Source: an uncultured Eubacteriales bacterium
Lineage (GTDB): Bacteria; Bacillota; Clostridia; Oscillospirales; Acutalibacteraceae
Assembly: GCA_964613045.1 (NCBI GenBank)
Contig: CAZTFS010000002.1
Span: 11,108 to 75,107, forward strand
Reading direction: 5' to 3'
DNA length: 64,000 bases
The notes beneath the pieces are model-generated. The model was given only the letters and a program-made list of their open reading frames with translations, did no database searches and was not told where the DNA came from. Every line of letters starts with the position of its first letter. The stretch's first letter is position 1. Positions 8,607 to 17,918 of the stretch are shown here, piece by piece. Both the position numbers and the translations under genes were made by a program.

Positions 8607-9569
8607 ATGATTTTTGATAAACAGATTCTTGATATTTATCGCAGTATGGCTTATACGAGATATGATGAAACGGGAAATGTCTTTTATTTTTCTGCGGATG
8701 ATTTTGACGGTCTGAATAAAATTCCTTACGAATTCTGTTCATCAATGGGGCATGCTCTTAAGGGCTATGCTTATTATTACGACGGATATATTCCCGACAG
8801 ACTCGTAGTTTTCGATCACGGTATCGGTGGCGGTCATCGCTCATACATGAAAGAGATAGAAATGCTTTGCAGGTACGGTTATAAAGTCTTTTCTTATGAT
8901 CATACAGGCTGCATGGAATCGGGCGGCGAAACAACAAACGGAATGGCACAGTCATTGCGTGATCTGAATGATTGCATCTGTTTTCTTAAGAATGAAGAAG
9001 ATTTTAAGGAACTTGAAATATCTGTTATCGGACACAGTTGGGGCGGTTTTGCTTGTCTTAATATTACCGCATTACAGCCCCATATTGCAAAAGTCGTTGT
9101 GCTTTCTGGATTTACTTCTGTTGAAAGATTGATTAATTCCTTTTTCGGCGGAGTTCTCAAGGTCTACCGCAAAAAAGTCATGAAGCTTGAGAAAAGTTCA
9201 AATCCTGAGTTTGCGGATTATGATTCTGTTGAAACGCTCAGCAAAACAAGTGCCGATGTGCTGCTTATCTATTCCGATAACGATAAGGTAGTCAGAAAAA
9301 TGCATTATGACACGCTCAGAAATGCACTTGAGACAAAAGAGAACATTAAATTCATTCTCGAACATAATAAAGATCATAATCCGGATTATACACAGGATGC
9401 AGTCGCATATATGGCAGGATTCATGTCTGAGATGCAGAAGAATGTTAAGAAAAAGCTCCTTGAAACACCGGAACAGAAGAAGAAATTCATATCGTCCTTT
9501 GATTGGGATCGAATGACTGCTCTGGATATGAATGTATGGAACAGTATCATTGAGTTTCTCAATAAATAA
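8607..9569 (+). CDS. Alpha/beta hydrolase (serine hydrolase)
   Basis: HGIGGGH oxyanion region and VIGHSWGG nucleophile elbow. GGAG RBS before ATG 8607; the ORF-track start at 8565 overlaps the upstream gene. Confidence 0.7.
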   Translation: MIFDKQILDIYRSMAYTRYDETGNVFYFSADDFDGLNKIPYEFCSSMGHALKGYAYYYDGYIPDRLVVFDHGIGGGHRSYMKEIEMLCRYGYKVFSYDHTGCMESGGETTNGMAQSLRDLNDCICFLKNEEDFKELEISVIGHSWGGFACLNITALQPHIAKVVVLSGFTSVERLINSFFGGVLKVYRKKVMKLEKSSNPEFADYDSVETLSKTSADVLLIYSDNDKVVRKMHYDTLRNALETKENIKFILEHNKDHNPDYTQDAVAYMAGFMSEMQKNVKKKLLETPEQKKKFISSFDWDRMTALDMNVWNSIIEFLNK

Positions 9570-9574
9570 AACAA

Positions 9575-9606
9575 CCCCTTTTCCGCCGATGTGAACGGAA
9601 AGGGGG
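9575..9606. terminator. Bidirectional terminator between convergent genes
   Basis: CCCCTTTTCCG / CGGAAAGGGGG hairpin, with A-rich sequence on the 5' side and T-rich sequence on the 3' side. Confidence 0.65.
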
Positions 9607-9610
9607 ATTT

Positions 9611-10501
9611 TTACATTCTGAATTCGGCTTTTTTTACATACTCGATGAATGTTGACATACAGCCGGATATCCATTTGTTTTTGTGATATATAAGTTGCTT
9701 CCATATATCTGTTTTTATGTCAGTAACGTCAAGATAAATAAGTTTACCTTCTTTGACTTTTTCGTCAGTAACAAAATCGGGAAGAAAAGAGATCATATCC
9801 TCTTTTTCAATGATTTTTGTTATGATGTCTGTTCTGCCGATTTCAAGTGCAGGTACAATTTCAATCGATTTCTTAGCCAGTTCTTTGTCAAAGATCTTTC
9901 TGTAGCCCATTCCTCTTTCAGTCAATATAAATGCTTCCGAAGCTATATCTTCTATTGACAGATTTTTCATCGAGGCAAATCCGGAGTTGGGGTTTGCCGT
10001 AAAATTCATTCTGACAGGCTCTTCTTTAGCTATTATATAATCGCTGTGATATACATGATTATCAAGAGTCATCATTATGTCTGCTTCATTGTGATCGAGC
10101 ATTCTGAACATTGCCACAGTGTCCACATTTGTGAATTTGAGAGATATATTCGGATAGTTTTTACGAAAATCAAGATAATTTGTATTTATCATATCTTCGC
10201 AGACTGAGTCAGGTGTCACGACATGAATATGTCCCTCAGGAACAGAATCTGCCGTTGAATTTTCTTTAAATTCATCAGTTAACGCTCTGATCTGATGAGC
10301 GTAAGATAAAAGCTCACGGCCACGGTTTGTAAGGGTTATCGTATGGTTGATCCGTTCGAAAAGCATACAGTCAAGTTCTGTTTCCAGTTGTTTTATCTGA
10401 AACGAGACCGTGGACTGAGAATACCCCAGCATTGACGCTGCTTTTGTGAAATTGCCCACCTCCGCAACAGTTATAAATGTGATTAGATTCCTTATTTCCA
10501 T
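9611..10501 (-). CDS. LysR-family transcriptional regulator
   Basis: N-terminal wHTH: MEIRNLITFITVAEVGNFTKAASMLGYSQSTVSFQIKQLE. GGAGG RBS lies inside the longer ORF-track start. Confidence 0.9.
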   Translation of the reverse strand: MEIRNLITFITVAEVGNFTKAASMLGYSQSTVSFQIKQLETELDCMLFERINHTITLTNRGRELLSYAHQIRALTDEFKENSTADSVPEGHIHVVTPDSVCEDMINTNYLDFRKNYPNISLKFTNVDTVAMFRMLDHNEADIMMTLDNHVYHSDYIIAKEEPVRMNFTANPNSGFASMKNLSIEDIASEAFILTERGMGYRKIFDKELAKKSIEIVPALEIGRTDIITKIIEKEDMISFLPDFVTDEKVKEGKLIYLDVTDIKTDIWKQLIYHKNKWISGCMSTFIEYVKKAEFRM

Positions 10502-10520
10502 TTTTGCCTCCATTGAAAAA

Positions 10521-10548
10521 ATTGATTATAACTATCAAAACTATCAAT
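10521..10548. promoter_or_regulatory. Candidate LysR operator: inverted repeat plus tandem 9-mers
   Basis: ATTGAT (10521-10526) ... ATCAAT (10543-10548). Perfect tandem AACTATCAA at 10530-10538 and 10539-10547. Abuts the -35 element of the lyase promoter in the divergent intergenic region. Confidence 0.5.
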
Positions 10549-10577
10549 TTGACTAATCCTGATATGTATTATATACT
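10549..10577 (+). promoter_or_regulatory. SigA-type promoter for the beta-eliminating lyase gene
   Basis: TTGACT (10549-10554), 17-nt spacer, TATACT (10572-10577). GGAGG RBS before ATG 10616. Confidence 0.55.
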
Positions 10578-10615
10578 AATTGTGATTGAATTTCAACATA
10601 ACGGAGGAAAAATAA

Positions 10616-12064
10616 ATGCCCGAAATCAAATTCTATAACAGAGCACCGGTGCCCATGGAAATGCACAAGGTTAAAATAGTTCAGAAACTTACACTTCTCC
10701 CTGCAAAGGAGCGACTTGCAAAGCTTCGTGAGGCAGGATTTAATACATTTATGCTTCATAATGGTGACATATTTATGGATATGCTCACTGACTCAGGTGT
10801 TAATGCTATGAGTGATAATATGCAGTCAGCCATGCTCAGAGCTGATGATGCTTATGCAGGCAGTGAAACATTTTACCGTATGCGTGACAAACTTGAGGAT
10901 ATTTTCGGTATCAAGTATGTTCTTCCGGCTCATCAGGGCCGTGCTTGTGAGCATATTATAGCTCAGCGTTTTGTAAAAGAGGGTAACTGTGTTATAATGA
11001 ACTACCATTTTACAACTTCAAAGGCTCATGTTACCCGTCTCGGCGGAAGAGTTGAAGAACTTGTCAAAGATGAAGGACTTGTTTCAAAGAGCGATCTTCC
11101 TTTCAAGGGCAATATTGATCTTGACAAGGTAAAGGCATGTATTGAAAGGGAGGGTGCAGAGAATATTGCATATATTCGCCTTGAAGCAGGTACAAATCTT
11201 ATCGGCGGTCAGCCCATTTCATACGAAAATATGAAAGAAGCAACAGAACTTGCAAAATCCTACGGTATTCTTACTGTTCTTGATGCGTCTTTGCTTCAGG
11301 ATAACCTGTATTTTATCAAGACCCGTGAAGAGTCTATGAAAGATAAATCAATCAGAGAGATCACAAGAATGATTGCGGATCTGTTTGACATCGTTTATTT
11401 CTCGGCACGTAAGTTCGGTTTTGGTCGTGGCGGAGCAATTCTTGTTCGTGATGAAACTCTTTTCCATGAGATGGAAGATTTTGTAACAATGTTTGAAGGA
11501 TTCCTTACATACGGCGGTATGTCAGTTAAGGAAATGGAAGCTCTTATTATCGGATTTGAAGAAACAATGGATATGGATATCATATCACAGGGTCCTCAGT
11601 TTATTGCACACTGCGTCAGAGAGCTTGACAAACTCGGTGTTCCTATGATCACCCCGGGCGGCGGACTTGGTGCTCATATTGATGCCCGTGAAGTAGTAGG
11701 TCATATTCCTGCTGAGGAGTATCCTGCAGGTTCTCTTGTTGCAGCTCTCTATCTTTGCGGCGGTATCAGAGGCATGGAAAGAGGAACACTTTCGGAAGAA
11801 AGAAATCCCGATGGAACTGAACATATTGCATCAGTTGAAATGGTCAGACTTGCTTTCCCCAGACGAGTATTTACACTTTCACAGACTGAGTATGTTATTG
11901 ACCGAGTTAAATGGCTTTACGACCACAGACATCTTATCGGCGGCTTAAGATTTGTACATGAGCCTAAGACATTGAGATTCTTCACAGGTAAGCTTGAAGC
12001 TGTATCAGATTGGCCTGAAAAACTCATAGAAGCTTATATCGCAGATTTTGGCGAGGATCAGTAA
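10616..12064 (+). CDS. Beta-eliminating lyase family enzyme (tryptophanase / tyrosine phenol-lyase family, PLP-dependent)
   Basis: DMLTDSGVNAMSD, DDAYAGSETFY, PAHQGRACEH, FKGNIDLDKV, GAENIAYIRL, PLP-Lys context FSARKFG, GMERG, EPKTLRFFT. Strong colinearity with TnaA/TPL as I remember those sequences. Confidence 0.85.
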   Translation: MPEIKFYNRAPVPMEMHKVKIVQKLTLLPAKERLAKLREAGFNTFMLHNGDIFMDMLTDSGVNAMSDNMQSAMLRADDAYAGSETFYRMRDKLEDIFGIKYVLPAHQGRACEHIIAQRFVKEGNCVIMNYHFTTSKAHVTRLGGRVEELVKDEGLVSKSDLPFKGNIDLDKVKACIEREGAENIAYIRLEAGTNLIGGQPISYENMKEATELAKSYGILTVLDASLLQDNLYFIKTREESMKDKSIREITRMIADLFDIVYFSARKFGFGRGGAILVRDETLFHEMEDFVTMFEGFLTYGGMSVKEMEALIIGFEETMDMDIISQGPQFIAHCVRELDKLGVPMITPGGGLGAHIDAREVVGHIPAEEYPAGSLVAALYLCGGIRGMERGTLSEERNPDGTEHIASVEMVRLAFPRRVFTLSQTEYVIDRVKWLYDHRHLIGGLRFVHEPKTLRFFTGKLEAVSDWPEKLIEAYIADFGEDQ

Positions 12065-12077
12065 AATAAAACGAATA

Positions 12078-12104
12078 AAGGAGCTGAAAAACAGCTCCTT
12101 TTTT
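12078..12104 (+). terminator. Rho-independent terminator after the lyase gene
   Basis: AAGGAGCTG / CAGCTCCTT with a 5-nt loop, then TTTT. Confidence 0.8.
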
Positions 12105-12218
12105 AATGGTACGGAAAATGTGTAGATTGAATAAACTTCACAAAATTTCTGTTTTTTTAAATTTATGTTTATGTGTAGCCGTTTTTTTCGGTCTGCACTT
12201 TTTTACATACTCTTTTAT

Positions 12219-13073
12219 TTATTTGAGTCTGTAAGTTCTTATAAAGGTTGAAACAATCTTGTTGTAATCTGAAATATGGAAAACTAATTCGCCGTTTTCA
12301 TCTGTTTCTGCACACAGCCCTTCGGTTTCTGTATCAAAACCTGTTGTGTTTCTGTCAAAGAGAAGCTTTACTTCGCCTGTTGCAAGGTCAACTTCGTAAA
12401 CAGTTTTGTTTTCTCCTTCGGGGTCGCAGTTGAGGTATGCTTTTCCGTCAAGGACATCGCCTGCCTGAACTCTCTGTAAGGTTTCTGAAAGCTCAACGGT
12501 GTGTGAAAGGCTCATATCGTCGATATTATATACAACAATTCTGTCAGCTTCATTGAACTGTGATGTGTAAAGATAGTTTTCATCTGTTGCACACCATGCG
12601 ATACCGTCTTTGAGATATTCCCAGTCAACAGCATAATATGTGCCTGTATACTCAAGTGTTTCAGCATCGTAGATAAGCACAAGAGGGTGTGTTTCAGGCT
12701 TATTTTCAACGGGAGCATAGATAATGCCGTTCTGAACGGAGATATCACCTATATGGTCATAATCCTGCTGTTTGAATTCAAGGGGGAGTGCATCAAGGTT
12801 TTCCTTGATAACTTCACCTGTTGACTTGTCAATTATGCCGAGACAGCCTAGCTTAATGCCTGCAAGTGAGCCTGATACATAGAAAAGGTCGTTTTCTTCT
12901 TCAATACCCTGACCGCAGAGAAATGAATCAATAAGTGAAAATCCGAATTCATTTATGATTTCTGCTTCTTCTGTTGCAGGGGGAGTGGGACAGATGAGTG
13001 ATGAAATCATCATTACAAGGGCTGTAAGCGGTGAAAGAACCACTTTAAGATAACTTAATATTGTACCAAACAT
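12219..13073 (-). CDS. Hypothetical exported protein (beta-propeller-like repeats)
   Basis: Hydrophobic N-terminus LSPLTALVMMISSLI. Repeating beta-strand-rich segments. AAGGAGG RBS overlaps the stop codon of the upstream gene. Confidence 0.6.
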   Translation of the reverse strand: MFGTILSYLKVVLSPLTALVMMISSLICPTPPATEEAEIINEFGFSLIDSFLCGQGIEEENDLFYVSGSLAGIKLGCLGIIDKSTGEVIKENLDALPLEFKQQDYDHIGDISVQNGIIYAPVENKPETHPLVLIYDAETLEYTGTYYAVDWEYLKDGIAWCATDENYLYTSQFNEADRIVVYNIDDMSLSHTVELSETLQRVQAGDVLDGKAYLNCDPEGENKTVYEVDLATGEVKLLFDRNTTGFDTETEGLCAETDENGELVFHISDYNKIVSTFIRTYRLK

Positions 13074-13086
13074 AAAAATTTCCTCC

Positions 13087-15264
13087 TTAATCTCCTAAAA
13101 GACCGTAATATCTGCCCATCCAGTAGGGAAGAAGATAGATGTAAGGCATTGCTGCTGTTGTTCCTTTTGCACCGTGAGCACCGGGGAGTGTAGATGTACG
13201 GTTAACGACTTTTGTATTTACCTCAATGAATTCTTCACAGCCGGAGTCGCAAATGAACTGATTACCGTCATAGTGAACAGGAACTCTTGCAGAATATTCA
13301 AGAGGGTATTTAAGCTGTGCCGGAATGCCCATGGGCTCTTGCTCCGTATCCCATACGATGTCTTTTCTGTGGCTGTTGTATATGGGGAATCTGATAAGAT
13401 CAAGATTCATTTCTGAAAGTGACTTTGCCGCATTTTCAATATCACAGCTGTTATTAGTAAGAGCACCGTATGTAATATTGAACCAGGGTGAACGTTCAAC
13501 ACGTTCATATTCCCAGTGATGAGTAAGCCCCATCTTGAAAATCTCTTTCTGAGCTTCATCTTCTGTATACACAAGCAGGGGATAGATATTAGTGAAGTCG
13601 AGCTGATCGTCGATATGAGCAACGTGACCGTCTTCACATTTGTACTGCATACAGTTCATTGCGTAATGATGCTTTTTAATGAGCATATCAAACACTTTGT
13701 TGTATTTTTCATCACCTGTTACATGGTACGTTGTCTTGAGGAATGAAAGTATCTCAAGTGAGTTTGTTCCTCTTTCGTAATACCATCTGTCATCATTGTT
13801 GAGAAGATCCGGCTCCCAGTTAGCCCATGTTGTGGGAATGCCGTCAACGTCGGTAAGATGGAAGTTGTGGTCGATAATGTGATCTGTAATGGTCTTGACG
13901 ACCTGTGCGATCTTCTTCTTTTCTTCTTCATCAGCAACAAGGTCATAATAGATGCCGTATGCATAATAATGACCTGTCATCTCATCACTTGAAGTTTCGC
14001 CGAGCCACTCGCAATCGGGATTTCCTTCACAAAAATGCCATTCTTCTCTGTTTCCTGTAGCAAAATTTTCCTCGTGAGAGTATCTTGTTGCTCTTGCGGT
14101 AAAGCCCGGTCTGCCTGTAACTTCTGTAAGCTTTATCATAGCTTCCACTGCACGCTTTGCATTTGACTTAGCTTTTTCGTCACCTGTTACTGCATAACGG
14201 AAGCACTGGCTTGCACAGTAAAGACCTGTGAAAAGACCGTCATTATCTGAATTCGGAAGCCAGCCTGAGTCCATATCTGCGTATTTACGAAGCTTTCTTG
14301 ATACATGGTAGCCTTCGTTTCTTACATAGTATTTGTCAGCCAGCTCGTCGAAATGCTTTGCCTTTTCCTCAAGTGTCATCATCTTTGCTGTGATAATGCT
14401 GATGCCTCTGGGGGTAACTGCAGCCATTGTTCCGTTGTCAGAAACTGTGATGGCAGTAACATTCGGATGCATGAGCCATACACCGTATGAAAAATAGGAG
14501 ATCTTACCGTCCGTAAGAGTGATTATTCCTGTTTTTGTTGCAAAATATTTCTTTCCGTCAGCAGCAAAGAACATATCATTTATTGAACCGTTGGGAACGG
14601 AATAAAAATCATTTCCGTTGAACCAATAGTTTCTGCCGTCGTAGATGTTGAGTCCTTCATCTGAGCCAACCCAGAGATGGCCGAGTGCATCAATTGCAAG
14701 ACAATTGATCTTTTTGCTCAGAGCTCCCGATATCTCGGGAAGAAGCTCTGCCCAATGACGGCGTTTGCCTTTCATTGACATAAGACCCGATGTTGCAGAA
14801 CCGACATAAACAGTTTCGTCATACTTAGCTTTGTTGTCAAGTGCTGCAAGACAAACTGTATCTTCGGGGAGGTCAACGATCTTAACTGCATCATTTCCGT
14901 CAAGACGGAAAAGCTCATTTTCGGTAATGAACCAGACTGACTTGTCAAGAGCAACAGACATATCAATGACAGGTGAGTTTAACTTTGCTATAATGTTGAG
15001 CTTACCTTTCTTTATTTCTGCAAGAGAATTGCCTGCTGCGGCGAAAAGTTTGCCGTCTTTAGCAAAAAGCTTAGAAACATTTGCATTGATTTTCTTCATT
15101 TTTCCGTCGTTGTATTCAATAATACAATCGGGTTGAGCAATGTAAAGAGTTTCACCTGCAAAAGCTACAGAAGTGACATTTTCGGCGTCAATGCCGTTTT
15201 CTGCGGTGATAAATGTTTTGTCATACTGTTTGAACTCACCGAAGTTAAGTGAATTTTTTTTCAT
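13087..15264 (-). CDS. Hypothetical 725-aa protein: N-terminal Reg_prop-like beta-propeller plus an unassigned helical C-terminal domain
   Basis: Propeller-type repeats (LWVGSDEGLNIYDG, KYFATKTGIITLTDG). The C-terminal half is rich in W/Y/H helices (GLYCASQCFRYAVTGDEKAK...). The start at 15264 makes an ATGA overlap with the upstream stop and has an AAGGAG RBS. Confidence 0.6.
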   Translation of the reverse strand: MKKNSLNFGEFKQYDKTFITAENGIDAENVTSVAFAGETLYIAQPDCIIEYNDGKMKKINANVSKLFAKDGKLFAAAGNSLAEIKKGKLNIIAKLNSPVIDMSVALDKSVWFITENELFRLDGNDAVKIVDLPEDTVCLAALDNKAKYDETVYVGSATSGLMSMKGKRRHWAELLPEISGALSKKINCLAIDALGHLWVGSDEGLNIYDGRNYWFNGNDFYSVPNGSINDMFFAADGKKYFATKTGIITLTDGKISYFSYGVWLMHPNVTAITVSDNGTMAAVTPRGISIITAKMMTLEEKAKHFDELADKYYVRNEGYHVSRKLRKYADMDSGWLPNSDNDGLFTGLYCASQCFRYAVTGDEKAKSNAKRAVEAMIKLTEVTGRPGFTARATRYSHEENFATGNREEWHFCEGNPDCEWLGETSSDEMTGHYYAYGIYYDLVADEEEKKKIAQVVKTITDHIIDHNFHLTDVDGIPTTWANWEPDLLNNDDRWYYERGTNSLEILSFLKTTYHVTGDEKYNKVFDMLIKKHHYAMNCMQYKCEDGHVAHIDDQLDFTNIYPLLVYTEDEAQKEIFKMGLTHHWEYERVERSPWFNITYGALTNNSCDIENAAKSLSEMNLDLIRFPIYNSHRKDIVWDTEQEPMGIPAQLKYPLEYSARVPVHYDGNQFICDSGCEEFIEVNTKVVNRTSTLPGAHGAKGTTAAMPYIYLLPYWMGRYYGLLGD

Positions 15265-16202
15265 TGGTAATCTCCTTGTAATGTATTGTTTATCCACTTG
15301 AGAATGTCATCATAAACATTCTGATAAGCATCCTCATTAAGTATTTCGTGACGAAGCCCGGGATAAAGCTTCATGTCGGCTTGTATGCCGTTTTCTTCAA
15401 ATTTATTGCAAGCATTAAGGACACCTCTGCCGAAAAGACCGATAGGATCTTTACCGCCTGAGATAAGAAATACGGGTAGTGTGGGCGTAATCATTGCATA
15501 ACATTCGTCTGAAGAAGCTTTGAAAAGCATTTTTGCAACGATCATTGAGCTTGCATTTGTAATGGGAAAATCAAAATACGGATCAGAATCTGCCTCAGCA
15601 CGATTTTCAATACTTACGGATAGCCATGCATTTACATCATCTTCTTTGAAATATCTTGAAGTAAGCTTTCCGAGTATTTCGCTTCCCGTGGATGAATATG
15701 TATCTTTACCTATCATGTCACTGAACGGATATACATATTCCTGAAAAACTGAGAGTTTACTGTTGATATGAGTCGTTCCGCAGAGGATAAGACCTGCAAG
15801 CTCTTCACCGAAGTTTGATGCATATATCCTTGCGAGAAAAGATCCCATGCTGTGTCCCAGTATATAATAGGGAAGAGCAGGATATTTCTTTTCCATGATA
15901 TTGTGCAGTACATGCATGTCATCAACCATACGTATATCGGAATCGGGTTCGCCGAAGTTGCCGAGTTCTGCTTGTGACGGAGCCGACAATCCGTGACCGA
16001 TGTGATCGTTACCGCAGACAACAAATCCGTTTGAAGCCATAAAACATGCGAAACGCTCGTATCTTCCTATATGCTCGGTAAGTCCGTGAGCTATCTGGAG
16101 AACTGCCCATGGCTCTGTTGTGTCGTCTTTCCATATCAGAACACGGCTCATTGTCTTGCCGTCTGTTGATTTGAAGAATGCTTGAGATTTAACTATAGCC
16201 AT
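15261..16202 (-). CDS. Alpha/beta hydrolase (lysophospholipase / monoacylglycerol-lipase-like)
   Basis: HGLTEHIGRYERF, DHIGHGLS, GHSMGS nucleophile elbow. GAGGAG RBS lies 7 nt before ATG 16202. An alternative ATG at 16217 overlaps the GH13 stop as ATGA. Confidence 0.75.
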   Translation of the reverse strand: MAIVKSQAFFKSTDGKTMSRVLIWKDDTTEPWAVLQIAHGLTEHIGRYERFACFMASNGFVVCGNDHIGHGLSAPSQAELGNFGEPDSDIRMVDDMHVLHNIMEKKYPALPYYILGHSMGSFLARIYASNFGEELAGLILCGTTHINSKLSVFQEYVYPFSDMIGKDTYSSTGSEILGKLTSRYFKEDDVNAWLSVSIENRAEADSDPYFDFPITNASSMIVAKMLFKASSDECYAMITPTLPVFLISGGKDPIGLFGRGVLNACNKFEENGIQADMKLYPGLRHEILNEDAYQNVYDDILKWINNTLQGDYQ

Positions 16203-16213
16203 AGTGGTTCTCC

Positions 16214-17893
16214 TCATTTAAGCATGTAAACTCTTGCTTCGTAAGGCTTGAGCACACAGCTGTTTCCGTTGTTTTTCGGATCATTGTAGTTGCATATTGC
16301 TATTTCAGCATCTGTAATATCAATACCTGCAGGAGCTTTGAAGAGCATTTCCTTATCGGAGAACGAAAGCACGACTAACATTCTCTGATCCTTATAATGT
16401 TTAGAATAAACATAAAGATCTTTTCTGTCGTGATAATGCTCATTGTACTGACCGTAAATTACTATTTCATTTTCCTTGCGGAATTTTATAAGTTTACGGT
16501 AATAATGAAGAACAGAATCAGGATCTTTTTCCGCCGCTTCAACGTTGATTTCTGTATAATTGGGATTGATGTGGAACCAGGGCTTTTCTGCTGTCGTAAA
16601 GCCTGCATTTTTTTCTGCGGACCACTGTACAGGAGTTCTTGCGTTGTCTCTTGAGGCATAGCGAGCCATCTTCATGGTTGTTTTCTCGGGAAGAATTTTA
16701 CTAACCATATTGTAAACCGTAACGGTAGAAACATCTTCATACTGATCGATTGTATCAAGCTCGATATTTGTCATACCGATCTCCTGACCCTGATAGATAA
16801 AGGGGGTACCGCTTAAGCACATATACATGGTTGCAAGCATTTTTGAGCTTTCGACTCTGAATTTTTCATTTCCGTAACGGCTTACAACTCTGGGCTGGTC
16901 ATGGTTTTCAAGGTAATTTGCGTTCCATGCATCGCCGTACAGCTCTGTCTGCCAGTTTTTGTATACTGATTTAAGCTTCTTAAGATTGAAAGGCGTATGT
17001 AACCAGCTGTTAAGGAAACAGTCAGCCTCCATGTGCTGAAAACTGAACATCATGTTCAGTACCTGGTTCGGTCCTTCAGTTATGTGCTTAAGTGCTTTTT
17101 TTGTAGTCATCATAGGAGCTTCACCGATCGTTACACAGTCGTAATGATCGAGCACATCTCTGCGGAATTCGGCAAGATAATCGTGAAGATGGGGACCGTC
17201 CATATAATGCTCCATACCGCCGATAATAGGTATTGGGAGACCGTCGGGAAGTCCCTCTTCTTTTGAAATATATGTGATAACATCTTCACGGAATCCGTCA
17301 ACGCCCATATCAAGCCAGTAACGCATTATATCCTTGACTTCCTCACGGACTTTCGGATTGTCCATGTTAAGGTCCGGCTGTTCCTTTGCGAAAAGATGAA
17401 GATACCACGCATCAGCTTCTTTGTCAAAGCTCCATGCACTGCCCGAGAAATTTGATTGCCAGTCGTTGGGAGGAAGCTTGTTGCCGCATCTTCCTTTTCT
17501 CCAGAAGTAGTAATCACGATAGGGACTGTCGGGATTCTTGCTCTGTTTGAACCATTCATGCTGATCTGAAGTGTGATTTATAACAAGATCCATAATTATT
17601 TTAAGACCTCTTTCATGAGCACCGTCAAGAACAGCCTTAAAGTCATCAAGATTGCCGAAATAATCTGCTATTTCTCTGTAGTTTGAGATATCATAGCCGT
17701 GATCTTTACCGGGAGATGCATAAAGAGGGGAGAACCATATTGCATCAACACCAAGGCTTTTTATGTAATCGAGCTTTGATAAAATGCCCTTAAGGTCACC
17801 GATACCGTCACCGTTGCCGTCGCAGAAAGAACGGGGCCAGATCTGATACACTGCCATTTCCTTATACCAGCATTTTTTTATATTTTCGGACAT
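16214..17893 (-). CDS. GH13 alpha-glucosidase / oligo-1,6-glucosidase-type enzyme (cytoplasmic)
   Basis: WYKEMAVYQIWPRSF, GDGIGDLKG, DAIWFSPLYASP, DLVINHTSDQHEWF, GFREDVI, NHDQPR. Confidence 0.9.
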   Translation of the reverse strand: MSENIKKCWYKEMAVYQIWPRSFCDGNGDGIGDLKGILSKLDYIKSLGVDAIWFSPLYASPGKDHGYDISNYREIADYFGNLDDFKAVLDGAHERGLKIIMDLVINHTSDQHEWFKQSKNPDSPYRDYYFWRKGRCGNKLPPNDWQSNFSGSAWSFDKEADAWYLHLFAKEQPDLNMDNPKVREEVKDIMRYWLDMGVDGFREDVITYISKEEGLPDGLPIPIIGGMEHYMDGPHLHDYLAEFRRDVLDHYDCVTIGEAPMMTTKKALKHITEGPNQVLNMMFSFQHMEADCFLNSWLHTPFNLKKLKSVYKNWQTELYGDAWNANYLENHDQPRVVSRYGNEKFRVESSKMLATMYMCLSGTPFIYQGQEIGMTNIELDTIDQYEDVSTVTVYNMVSKILPEKTTMKMARYASRDNARTPVQWSAEKNAGFTTAEKPWFHINPNYTEINVEAAEKDPDSVLHYYRKLIKFRKENEIVIYGQYNEHYHDRKDLYVYSKHYKDQRMLVVLSFSDKEMLFKAPAGIDITDAEIAICNYNDPKNNGNSCVLKPYEARVYMLK

Positions 17894-17918
17894 GTTGATT
17901 TTCCTTTCTTTGATTCTG

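Noticed and set aside
9198-9704. A 168-aa minus-strand ORF spanning the 3' end of the hydrolase gene and the convergent terminator.
   Set aside because: It crosses the bidirectional terminator and overlaps two well-supported genes, and it has no recognisable motifs.
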